From Kofleriaceae bacterium (GTDB taxonomy: Bacteria; Myxococcota_A; Polyangia; Haliangiales; Haliangiaceae), in NCBI GenBank assembly GCA_046597055.1, contig JBKJLC010000293.1, positions 32,001 through 96,000 on the forward strand: 64,000 nt of DNA. Direction: 5' to 3'. How positions within the stretch are numbered: the stretch's first letter is position 1; the number at the start of each line of letters is the position of its first letter. Below the pieces are notes generated by a model that was not told where the DNA came from, did no database searches, and saw nothing but the letters and a program-made list of their open reading frames with translations. Of this stretch, positions 1-8,603 are shown one piece after another. Position numbers and translations under genes: made by a program.

Positions 1-501
1 ACCGAACCGGGCGGTGCGCCGGGTCGGCATCCGCTCGTCGGTGCCGGTCACCGGATGCGCCCAGTCGCGCAGCGTCGGGCGCAGCTCCTCGAGCGAGTCG
101 ACGTCGTGCGCGGGGGGCGGCGGCAGGTCGTCGAACCCCGGCACCTCGAACCCACCGGCCGCGCCGGGCAGGCCGGGCGGGCTGGCCACCGCGGGGTTGA
201 TCACCGGGCCGGCGATGGTCTCTCGACGTGGGGTCGTGATCATCAGCCCGACGGTCGCGGCGATGACCAGGCCACCCGCGAGCGCGGTCGGCCGCAGGTG
301 GGAGCGCCGCGGCTCGGGACGCCGCACCGGCGGCGGCGCCAGCTCGGGCGGCGCCAGCGCGGGCACCGGCGCCGCCACGAGACGCCCGGTCGGCGACGTG
401 CACCGATCGCACCACAGGGCCACCGAGCCGTTGCGCGCCACGATGGGACGACCGCGGTGGAGTGCCACCTCGTCACCACAGCCGGCGCACGTACCCCCCA
501 T
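1..501 (-). CDS. Partial membrane-anchored protein, possibly M23 peptidase-like (runs off window)
   Basis: Own translation from ATG 501: MGGTCAGC...WCDRC..., a hydrophobic segment, then WAHPVTG..RMPTRRTARFG; open to the window edge; family is a guess. Confidence 0.5.
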   Translation of the reverse strand, partial: MGGTCAGCGDEVALHRGRPIVARNGSVALWCDRCTSPTGRLVAAPVPALAPPELAPPPVRRPEPRRSHLRPTALAGGLVIAATVGLMITTPRRETIAGPVINPAVASPPGLPGAAGGFEVPGFDDLPPPPAHDVDSLEELRPTLRDWAHPVTGTDERMPTRRTARFG

Positions 502-612
502 CAACGCGATGGTAACCAACCCGGCAGCGTCCGCAGGGTCGGTCCGCCCACAATCCAGCTGTGGCTCGATGTCGTACCTCTCCCTCTCCGTCTCCCCCGC
601 AGGCCAGGCCGC

Positions 613-2031
613 TCAGGTCATCAGGATCAGCGCCGCGATCCCGGCCGCCACCACCACGATCGACACGACCGCGACCGGCAGCGCCCACCACGGGCCGCGG
701 TACGGCGGGGGTGGCTCGGGCAGCGCGACGTGCGCAACCGGCGGCGGCAACGGCGTGACCTGCTCGGTCAGCTGGCGGAGCCGACCGGGGCCGACGCCGA
801 GCACGGTCTTCTTCGCGGCGGCGTCGCTGTCGGACGGCTTCTCGCCGCCTTCCCAGCCGGTCACCGCGAACGTCGGCTCGTCGCTGGGCGCGGCCCGCGC
901 CGGGCTCGGCGCCATCCGGTAGGTCGCGCCGGGATCGTCCTCGCCGAGCCCGTCCGGGGCGGGGGTCAGCGCCGCGCTCGGCGGTGGCGTCGGCGTGGTG
1001 CGGACCTTCGCCGCGCCGGCCATCTTCGACGGGGTGTCGCCGACCGTGCCGGCCTCGATCACCATCGAGGGATCGTCGCCGGGGTCGCCCGCGTCGTCGC
1101 TGGCCGGGCCGGCGGCGCCGGCGATGAAGCGTTCGGCCATGAATGCGGCCAGCGCGGCCGGGCTGGCCAGGCCGCCGAGCCCGACGGCGACCGCCTCGAG
1201 CGCGGTCGCCATCTCGATCGCGGTCTGGAAGCGCGCGTCGGGGTCGAGGGCCATGGCGCGCTGGACGATCGCCTCGAGCGCGGGCGGATAGCCCGGCACG
1301 ACCTTCGAGGGTGGCGCGATATCCAGGGTGACGATCTTCTGCAGGGTCTCGTAGTCGCTCTCGCCGCGGAACGCGCGGCGCAGCGTGGTCAGCTCGTAGA
1401 GCACGATGCCGAGCGAGAACACGTCGGCGCGGCGGTCGACCGGCTTGCCCTTGCACTGCTCGGGCGCCATGTAGGCGAACTTGCCCTTCACCGTACCCGA
1501 CTGGGTCTCCTGGGCGCGGCCCTTGGCGCGCGCGATGCCGAAGTCGAGCAGCTTGACCACCCCGTCGTAGCCGAGCATCACGTTGGCCGGCGTGACGTCG
1601 CGGTGGACGATCTCGAGCTGCGTGCCCGACAGGCCCTTGCGGTCGTGGGCGTGGTGCAACGCGTGGGCGACCCGCGCGACGATCGCGAGCGCGATGCCAG
1701 GCGGGATCGGCTGGCGGGCACGCGCCGAGACCTCGAGGACCGCGCGCACGGTCTCGCCATGCACGAACTCCATCGCGAGGAAGTAGACCTGGCCTTCCTT
1801 GCCGACCTCGAGCAGGCGCGCGATGTTCGGGTGGTTGAGGCCGGCGACCAGGCGCGCCTCGTCGAGGAACATCTGGATGAACTTCTGGTCCTCGGCGCGC
1901 TCGCGGGTGATGACCTTGACCACCGCCTCCTCGCCGGCCGGGCCCCGCGCGCGATAGATCTCGGCCATGCCGCCGGTCGCGAGCAGCGACTGGACCTGGT
2001 AGCGCCCGAGCTTTTGGACGGGCTCGGTCAC
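613..2031 (-). CDS. Ser/Thr protein kinase with C-terminal TM
   Basis: GGMAEIY, VVK, HRDVTPANV, DFG, YMAPE motifs. Confidence 0.93.
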   Translation of the reverse strand: MTEPVQKLGRYQVQSLLATGGMAEIYRARGPAGEEAVVKVITRERAEDQKFIQMFLDEARLVAGLNHPNIARLLEVGKEGQVYFLAMEFVHGETVRAVLEVSARARQPIPPGIALAIVARVAHALHHAHDRKGLSGTQLEIVHRDVTPANVMLGYDGVVKLLDFGIARAKGRAQETQSGTVKGKFAYMAPEQCKGKPVDRRADVFSLGIVLYELTTLRRAFRGESDYETLQKIVTLDIAPPSKVVPGYPPALEAIVQRAMALDPDARFQTAIEMATALEAVAVGLGGLASPAALAAFMAERFIAGAAGPASDDAGDPGDDPSMVIEAGTVGDTPSKMAGAAKVRTTPTPPPSAALTPAPDGLGEDDPGATYRMAPSPARAAPSDEPTFAVTGWEGGEKPSDSDAAAKKTVLGVGPGRLRQLTEQVTPLPPPVAHVALPEPPPPYRGPWWALPVAVVSIVVVAAGIAALILMT

Positions 2032-3182
2032 AGGAACGACATCATGTAGTCGGGATCCTCGACCGCGCGCGCGGCCGCGGTGGCCTCGAGCGGCGCGAAC
2101 ACATCGACCATCACCGCCAGCTCGTCGGTGCGGGTGGCGCCGATCGACGCCTCGTAGCTACCCGGGTGCGGCCCGTGGGGAATGCCGCCCGGGTGGTGCG
2201 AGATGCTGCCGGGGCCCACGCCCTTGCGCGAGGTGAAGTTGCCGTCGGCGTAGAAGATGATCTCGTCGCACGACGGGTTGCTGTGCGGGTACGGGCACGG
2301 GATCGCGTCGGGCGCGAAGTCGACCAGGCGCGGCACGAAGCTGCAGATCAGCGCGCCCCGGGCGCCGAAGGTGCCGTGCCAGGTCGGCGGCAGGTGCACC
2401 GACGACACCCGCGGCTGGAACGCCAGGATCGGGAACACCCACGGATACACGGTGCCGTCCCAGCCGACGACATCGAGCGGCGAGGTGTCCATGGTGAAGC
2501 CGTGCCAGCGCCCGCCGCGCTTCACGACCAGGTCGCGCACGCCATCGTCGAACGGCGCGGCCAGGACCGGCCGCCGGAAGTCGCGATGGCTGTAGGGCGC
2601 GTCCATCCGCAGCTGGCCGACCCCGTTGCGCCACTGCTTGAGGAGGTGGAGGTCGTCGAGCTCGAACCACAGCCAGTGCTGCGGCCCGGCGTCGGGCAGG
2701 AACCGGTGCATGAGCGAGCGCGGCACCGCGACGTAGTCGCCCTGCGTGAAGGCCAGGTCGCCGAGCTGGCTGCGGAGCACGCCGCCGCCCTGGTGGACGT
2801 AGATCAGCAGGTCGCCGTCGCCGTCGGCGACCCACACCGGATCGGCCGCGTCGGGATAGGCGACGCCGGTGGTGAGGAGCCCGTTCCACAGGAGCGGCAC
2901 GAACGCGTCGACCGGGGCCCCGCCCTTGCGATCGATGCTCTGCGCCCGGTAGTGGCGCTTGGCCAGGGCGCGATCGCCCTCGGAGCCATGCGGCGCGGCC
3001 CAGCCGTGGCGGGCCGGCGCCGGCCGTTGCAGGTGCGGGCGGCGCAGGTGATAGAGGATCGTGTAGGGGCCGTCGAAGCCGTCGCGCGTGAAGCACTCCT
3101 CGAAGCGCAGCTCGCCGCCCGGGCCGCGCAGCTGGACGTGGTGCTTCCTGGCGACCTCGCCCTGCTGGACGCGGTCGAGCAT
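2028..3182 (-). CDS. hmgA: Homogentisate 1,2-dioxygenase
   Basis: Start re-placed at MLDRVQQGEVARKHH; DVVGWDG, VHLPPTWH, PYPHSN..DE, HPGGIPHGPHPG; operon context. Confidence 0.92.
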   Translation of the reverse strand: MLDRVQQGEVARKHHVQLRGPGGELRFEECFTRDGFDGPYTILYHLRRPHLQRPAPARHGWAAPHGSEGDRALAKRHYRAQSIDRKGGAPVDAFVPLLWNGLLTTGVAYPDAADPVWVADGDGDLLIYVHQGGGVLRSQLGDLAFTQGDYVAVPRSLMHRFLPDAGPQHWLWFELDDLHLLKQWRNGVGQLRMDAPYSHRDFRRPVLAAPFDDGVRDLVVKRGGRWHGFTMDTSPLDVVGWDGTVYPWVFPILAFQPRVSSVHLPPTWHGTFGARGALICSFVPRLVDFAPDAIPCPYPHSNPSCDEIIFYADGNFTSRKGVGPGSISHHPGGIPHGPHPGSYEASIGATRTDELAVMVDVFAPLEATAAARAVEDPDYMMSFL

Positions 3183-4339
3183 CAGACCGCTCCGCGCTCG
3201 CGCTGCTCGCGCTCGATGCTCTCGAACAGCGCGCGGAAGTTGCCGGCGCCGAAGCCGCGGTCGCCCTTGCGCTGGATGATCTCGTAGAAGAACGGCCCGG
3301 CCGCCTTGTCTCCGTAGAGGCCCGACGCCTCCTTCAGGAAGATCTGCAGCATGTACGCGTGGTGGTGATCGCCGTCGATCAGCACCTCGAGCTCGCGCAG
3401 CGTGGCGAGATCCTCGTCGATCACGTCGATGCCGGTCTGCTTGATGCGCTCGGGCAACATCTCGTAGTACGTGCCCGGGGTCGGCATGAACGACACGCCG
3501 CGCTCGCGCAGGCCGCGCACGCCGCCGAGGATGTCCTTGATCGCGAGCGCGACGTGCTGCACGCCGTCGCCGCCGAGCTCCTCGTTGAAGATGTTGATCT
3601 GCGACGACTTGAAGAACGGCCGCGCCGGCTCGTTGTTGGCGAAGCGGACGCCGCTGGCCGGGTCCCACATGACGATCGACTTGAGCCCGGAGCCGTGCTG
3701 ACGCGCCGGCTCGACGTCGCTGGTGTGGAACTCGACCTTCCACATCTGCTCGAGGCCGAGCACGTGCTCCATCCACAGGAGCGCCGGCTTCATGGTCTGG
3801 AAGTTCGAGGTGACGTGGTCGATCGCCTCGAAGCCGAACCGGTTCGACGGGCCGGTCGGCGCGACCGCGATCGCGCCCGGATACAACGACGCGTAGCCGC
3901 GCCGCTCGCGGAAGCGGAACGTGGTGTCGCCGAACGGGGTCGTGATCGAGAACTGGCGCAGGGTGCCGTGATCGTCGGTGTAGGTCTGCACCTCGTCGAT
4001 CGGCGTGCCGCCGCGCTCCTCGAGCAGCGCGAACGCGCGGGCGGCGTCCTCGACCTCGAACACCAGCGTGCCGACCCCGTCGGGGTGGCGACCGAGGAAG
4101 CGGGCGGCCCGACTCGACGCCGGCAGCCCCGGCAGCGGCGACGAGCACACGATCGTGCAGTCGGCCGCGGTGAACGCGACCGAGCGCTGGCGACCGGCCA
4201 GCTCGAGCTCGGGCGACGACCGCCAGCTCTCCGCGAAGTCCATGCGGTCGACGTAGAAGCGGCGGCTCCGGTCGAGGTCGCGGACGTAGTAATGGATACC
4301 TTCGATGCGCTTGATGCCGAGCGGCGCGAGCGGGACCAT
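3182..4339 (-). CDS. hppD: 4-hydroxyphenylpyruvate dioxygenase
   Basis: IDHV, GVQHVAL, FFYEIIQRKGDRGFGAGNFRALFESIE; GGAGG before ATG 4339. Confidence 0.95.
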   Translation of the reverse strand: MVPLAPLGIKRIEGIHYYVRDLDRSRRFYVDRMDFAESWRSSPELELAGRQRSVAFTAADCTIVCSSPLPGLPASSRAARFLGRHPDGVGTLVFEVEDAARAFALLEERGGTPIDEVQTYTDDHGTLRQFSITTPFGDTTFRFRERRGYASLYPGAIAVAPTGPSNRFGFEAIDHVTSNFQTMKPALLWMEHVLGLEQMWKVEFHTSDVEPARQHGSGLKSIVMWDPASGVRFANNEPARPFFKSSQINIFNEELGGDGVQHVALAIKDILGGVRGLRERGVSFMPTPGTYYEMLPERIKQTGIDVIDEDLATLRELEVLIDGDHHHAYMLQIFLKEASGLYGDKAAGPFFYEIIQRKGDRGFGAGNFRALFESIEREQRERGAV

Positions 4340-4358
4340 GGCTTCCTCCGTGGAGACG

Positions 4359-5039
4359 TCAGACCCGGGCGACGACGGCGTCGGGCTGCTGATCGGGGTG
4401 CGCGGCGGGGAACGCCGGGAGCTGGTTGCACGCGGCCTCGATCGCGGCGAGCCGCGCGAAGCCACCGGGGTCGACGCCAAACCGGCGCGCCGAGTAGAGC
4501 TGCGGGATGAGGCAGCAGTCGGCGAGGGACGGCGCGTCGCCGACCGAGAACCGGCCGGCGGTGGGCGCGACCGCGGCCTCGAGCGCGGCCAGGCCCGAGC
4601 GGATGAAGCCCTGGACCCAGACCGTGTCGTCGCCGCCGAGCGCGACCACCGCGCGGGTCGTGGTGAGGTTCTGCAGCGGCTGGATCCCGGAGTTGACGAT
4701 CTCGGCGAGCGCGCGCGCGTGGGCGCGGCGCTCGAGCTCGCGCGGCAGGAGCGGACCGGTACCGGCCGTGGGCCAGCGCTCGTCCAGGTACTCGATGATC
4801 GGCAGCGACTGGCTCAGGAAGTGGACGCGGCCGTCGCCCTCGACGACCTCGAGCGTGGGGACCTGCGCCATCGGGTTGTGGGCGCGGTAGCCGGCGTCGT
4901 GCTGACCGCCGCCGCCGGCGACGCCGCCCTTGACGATGTCGACCGTGACGTAGTCCCAGGCCAGGCCCTTGAGGCCGAGCGCGATCCGCACCCGGTAGCT
5001 CGCCGAGCTGCGCCAGTAGTTGTGGAGGCGGAGGTTCAT
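4359..5039 (-). CDS. maiA: Maleylacetoacetate isomerase (GST zeta)
   Basis: YWRSSASYRVRIAL, NPMAQVP, SGIQPLQNL, AHPDQQPDA. Confidence 0.95.
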   Translation of the reverse strand: MNLRLHNYWRSSASYRVRIALGLKGLAWDYVTVDIVKGGVAGGGGQHDAGYRAHNPMAQVPTLEVVEGDGRVHFLSQSLPIIEYLDERWPTAGTGPLLPRELERRAHARALAEIVNSGIQPLQNLTTTRAVVALGGDDTVWVQGFIRSGLAALEAAVAPTAGRFSVGDAPSLADCCLIPQLYSARRFGVDPGGFARLAAIEAACNQLPAFPAAHPDQQPDAVVARV

Positions 5040-6037
5040 GCCGGCACCTTGACCGCCGCGTCGGGGCCGACCACGCGCTGGCGGATGGTGCCGAACGGGT
5101 TCACGCCGCCCTCGAGCACCGCCTCGATCTCGATGGTGTCGCCGACCTTCATGAACGGCGTGGTCGGCTTGCCGTTGTCGATGGTCTCGATCATCCGACG
5201 CTCGGCCAGGCACGACACCCCGCGCGCGCGCTCGGCGTTCGACACCGTGCCGCTGCCGACGATGGTCCCCGCGGTGAACCGCCGGGTCTTCGCCAGGTGC
5301 TGGACGAGATCATGGAAGGAGAAGTGCATCTCGGGGCCGGCGTCGCAGTCGCCGATCAGCTTGCCGTTGTGGGTCGAGCGGATGCGGGCCTGCAGGCGGC
5401 CGCCGTGCCAGGCCGGACCCAGCTCGTCGGGGGTGACGGCGAACGGCGAGAAGGCGGTCGCCGGCTTGGACTGGAAGAAGCCGAAGCCCTTGGCCAGCTC
5501 GGTCGGCACCAGGTTGCGCAGCGTGAGGTCGTTGGCGAGCATCACCAGGCGCACGTGGCGGGCGGCGGCGGCGGCCTTGGTGCCGAGCGGCACGTCGCCG
5601 AGCACGACCACGACCTCGGACTCGTAGTCGAGGCCCCAGGCCGGATCGTGCAGCACGACCGGCTCGCGCGGCCCGAGCATGTCCCCGGAGCCACCCTGAT
5701 AGATGAGGGGGTCCGAGCGCAGCGTGTCGGGCGGCTCGGCGCCGCGCGCCTTGCGGACGAGGATGACGTGGTTGAGGTACGCCGAGCCGTCGATCCACTC
5801 GTACGCGCGCGGCAAGGGCGCCATCAGCCGCTCGACGTCGATCGCCATGCCGACCACGTCGTGGCGGTCTAGCTCGCCGGCGAGCTGGGTCAGCGCCGGC
5901 AGCGCCTCGTCCCAGTTATCCAGCGCGCCCTGGAGGTTGATCCAGGGGGCGGGGGCAGGTGCGGCGGCCTGGCCGTCGCTTCGGACGACCAGCAGCCGGC
6001 CATCGCGGGATCCGTCGCGGAGCGTCGCCAGCTTCAT
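5036..6037 (-). CDS. Fumarylacetoacetate hydrolase family protein
   Basis: MKLATL..GSRDG, LDYESE, NDLTLRNL, GSGTVSN. Confidence 0.92.
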   Translation of the reverse strand: MKLATLRDGSRDGRLLVVRSDGQAAAPAPAPWINLQGALDNWDEALPALTQLAGELDRHDVVGMAIDVERLMAPLPRAYEWIDGSAYLNHVILVRKARGAEPPDTLRSDPLIYQGGSGDMLGPREPVVLHDPAWGLDYESEVVVVLGDVPLGTKAAAAARHVRLVMLANDLTLRNLVPTELAKGFGFFQSKPATAFSPFAVTPDELGPAWHGGRLQARIRSTHNGKLIGDCDAGPEMHFSFHDLVQHLAKTRRFTAGTIVGSGTVSNAERARGVSCLAERRMIETIDNGKPTTPFMKVGDTIEIEAVLEGGVNPFGTIRQRVVGPDAAVKVPA

Positions 6038-6626
6038 CGAGCCGGCACCTTACTCCTCGGCCGGGCGCGCTGCCAACCGCGCCGGGCCCAGGCTCGGGCA
6101 CAGACCGCAAACAAAAACAGCTGGATCAGGCGGCGGCGCGCAGCCACACCAGGCGCGGCCGCGAGCACGCGCTCAGCAGCTCGCGAAGGTCGCCGACCTG
6201 AGCGGCCACCGGCGGCTCGGGATGGCGATCGGTGCGGGGGCGTGACGTCAGAGATGCCATGGCGGCGAGGATGTGGTCGGGCTGGATGGTGCGCATGAGG
6301 ATCTCGGGGCGGGCTGCAGGAGGAAGCGGGGCGGTATCTACGCCCGCGTTCTCCGCGGCGCAAGTCAGCTGCCGTCGCTTGCCCGTCGGTGCGTCGCGAT
6401 GCCACTGGCGCATCGCGTGGCCGCCCCCGGCAGGTACGCGGAATGTCGCTGGCAACTGCAGGCGCCACCCGGCTGTCTGACCACCTCGAACGTTGGTCAC
6501 CATGTGGGTGCGAGCGCCGGCTCCCGGTGCGGCTTGCAGCGGCAGCTCCGGATCGACGATCCCCAGGCGACTCTGTCCGGCTCCCGGACACACCGCTCGC
6601 GCCGGTCACGGTGCCGGAGCCGCGAG

Positions 6627-6715
6627 CTGCGAGCCGGAGCCGGAGCGGGGCTGCAAGCCGGAGCCGGGAGCGGGGGCTGCAAGCCGGAGCCGGGAGCAAG
6701 CAGCGACTGTAAGCC
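6627..6715 (+). repeat. Short imperfect tandem repeat, CTGCRAGCCGGAGCCGG(G)AGC x3 plus a degenerate copy
   Basis: Read directly in the intergenic DNA. Confidence 0.7.
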
Positions 6716-6782
6716 CGCGGCTCGCGGCTCGTTCTGAGCCGGTACCGGCGCTGCGCTTCGCGGTGCCCAGGAGGAGCCTGCC

Positions 6783-7676
6783 GTGTCGCCTGCCCCCCGC
6801 TCTCGCGGCCTCGTCGCCGCCCTGCCCGTGGTCCGTCTCGCCGCCGTTGCGGCCCTCGCCATCGCCGCCGCCGGCTGCGCCGCGGCGCACCGGAGCCAGA
6901 TGGCCTCGGCCCCGATGAGCAGCGCCGCCGCAGAGCCGTCGGCCCCGCCGCCCCCGCTCGACCGCTCGGTGTTCTCGCGCGACACCAGCGGCCAGCTCGA
7001 CGAGGACTCGCTCCAGCAGATCCTCGCCGCCCCGATCGAGCTCGATCTGCCGGCGCGGGTTGGCGTCCTGCCGATCATCACCGCGACCGACTGGCGCGGA
7101 CCCAATCCCGACTACGCCAACGTGCCGGCCGGGGTGGCGCCGTTCGTCAAGCGCCTGCGCGGCTCCGAGCCGTTCACCCTCGTCACCGAGATGATGCCGA
7201 TCCCGTCGGGCGCGCTCGGGATGGAGGCGCTGCGCGAGATCAGCGCGCGTTACCGGCTGCGCTACGTGATCCTCTACCGGGAAATCATCACGACCCAGAC
7301 CCGGCACAACCCGTGGGCGTGGGGATACCTGACGATCCTGGGCGCCGCGTTCCTGCCCGGCCAGCAGCACCAGGTCCACGGCTACCTGGAGGCGAGCCTG
7401 TTCGACGTGAAGACCGGGCTGCTCCTGTTCACCACCCGGCGCGCGGTCAGCGGCGAGCGCCGCTCGAACACCTGGTACCAGGACGACAAGCAGGCGCGGC
7501 TGCGGTCGGCGCTGGTCGGTCGTTTCGGGCCCGACCTCGCCGACGACGTCAAGGCCGACCTCTACCGGTTCGCGGCGGCCGCCCAGGTCGAGAACGACCG
7601 GCGGATCGCCAGCACCGGCGGTCCGTCGTCGATGCCGGGGCTGCCGTCCGCCACCGTCGCCACCGACACGCCGTAG
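6783..7676 (+). CDS. Putative lipoprotein
   Basis: Hydrophobic leader ending LAIAAAGC; globular-looking remainder. Confidence 0.75.
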   Translation: MSPAPRSRGLVAALPVVRLAAVAALAIAAAGCAAAHRSQMASAPMSSAAAEPSAPPPPLDRSVFSRDTSGQLDEDSLQQILAAPIELDLPARVGVLPIITATDWRGPNPDYANVPAGVAPFVKRLRGSEPFTLVTEMMPIPSGALGMEALREISARYRLRYVILYREIITTQTRHNPWAWGYLTILGAAFLPGQQHQVHGYLEASLFDVKTGLLLFTTRRAVSGERRSNTWYQDDKQARLRSALVGRFGPDLADDVKADLYRFAAAAQVENDRRIASTGGPSSMPGLPSATVATDTP

Positions 7677-7733
7677 GCCGGTCCGGACGTGAGCGGTCGC
7701 ACCGGGGCGCCCGCGATCGGGCGCGCCGGGTGG

Positions 7734-8426
7734 TCAGTCGCGGCCGTACCCGGTGTGGCTCGGCCGGGCCGCGACCGCGCCCTGCAGGTAGCGCTGGAAC
7801 GGGACCCGACGCCCGGCGTTGACGCGCCAGAACGCGAGCAGCTGGCCCTCGCGGAGGAAGGCCAGGCCGACGTCGCCCGCGGTGAGGGCCTGGGCCAGGC
7901 CGGCGGTGGTGACCACCGCGTGCGCGGCGCCGGTGGCGAGCCGCAGCCGGATCCGCACCTCGGCCCCGCCCGCCGGGTTCGGGTCGAACGCGCCCTCGAA
8001 CATCGCGACCGAGCGCACGACCAGCGCGCGCCGGTGGTAGGTCTGGCGGCCGAAGCCCACCCCGGCCGCCGCCCAGGCCACGCCCGCCAGCGCGGCCAGC
8101 ACCCCCACCGTGGACAGGCCGAGCGCGGCCAGCGCGCTGACGGCCGCCAGGATGCCGACGCCGGTCATGACGGCGGCGAGATCGTAGGCGCTCGCCGGCG
8201 GCGCGTAGAGACCGAGCTCGGACATGCGCAAGAATTCCGGGTGATGGGCGACCTGCCGCATGCGCGCGAGGTCGTGGTCGCGGAGATTGGTGCCACGCGC
8301 CAGCTGGGGCGGCTGCCCGGACGCGGTCTCGCCGACCCCGGACGACGAGGTCGCGCTGAACCGCCCGGTGACGACACGGTCCGACCGCATCACCTCGGGG
8401 ACGGGCGGGCGAGACGTGCTGGGCAT
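7734..8426 (-). CDS. Hypothetical membrane protein (start uncertain)
   Basis: Two hydrophobic segments in the 7734..8531 ORF. Confidence 0.5.
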   Translation of the reverse strand: MPSTSRPPVPEVMRSDRVVTGRFSATSSSGVGETASGQPPQLARGTNLRDHDLARMRQVAHHPEFLRMSELGLYAPPASAYDLAAVMTGVGILAAVSALAALGLSTVGVLAALAGVAWAAAGVGFGRQTYHRRALVVRSVAMFEGAFDPNPAGGAEVRIRLRLATGAAHAVVTTAGLAQALTAGDVGLAFLREGQLLAFWRVNAGRRVPFQRYLQGAVAARPSHTGYGRD

Positions 8427-8603
8427 ACCGGGTCGACGGAGGTCCCGCGGCGTCTTCCCGCGCAACGCCGCGAGTGCCAGCTTCTGCCGCCCATGACCAC
8501 CGGCCGTGGGCCCGATCGCACGCGCACGCACGCGCGCACGGCGCGGCTCGGTCGGCGCTCCGCCGGTACCGCCGAGTCGGGCGGGCGTCCCTGATCCGGG
8601 AAG

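Noticed and set aside
6627..6715. Tandem repeat as CRISPR or iteron
   Set aside because: Low-complexity, no unique spacers, no rep or cas gene
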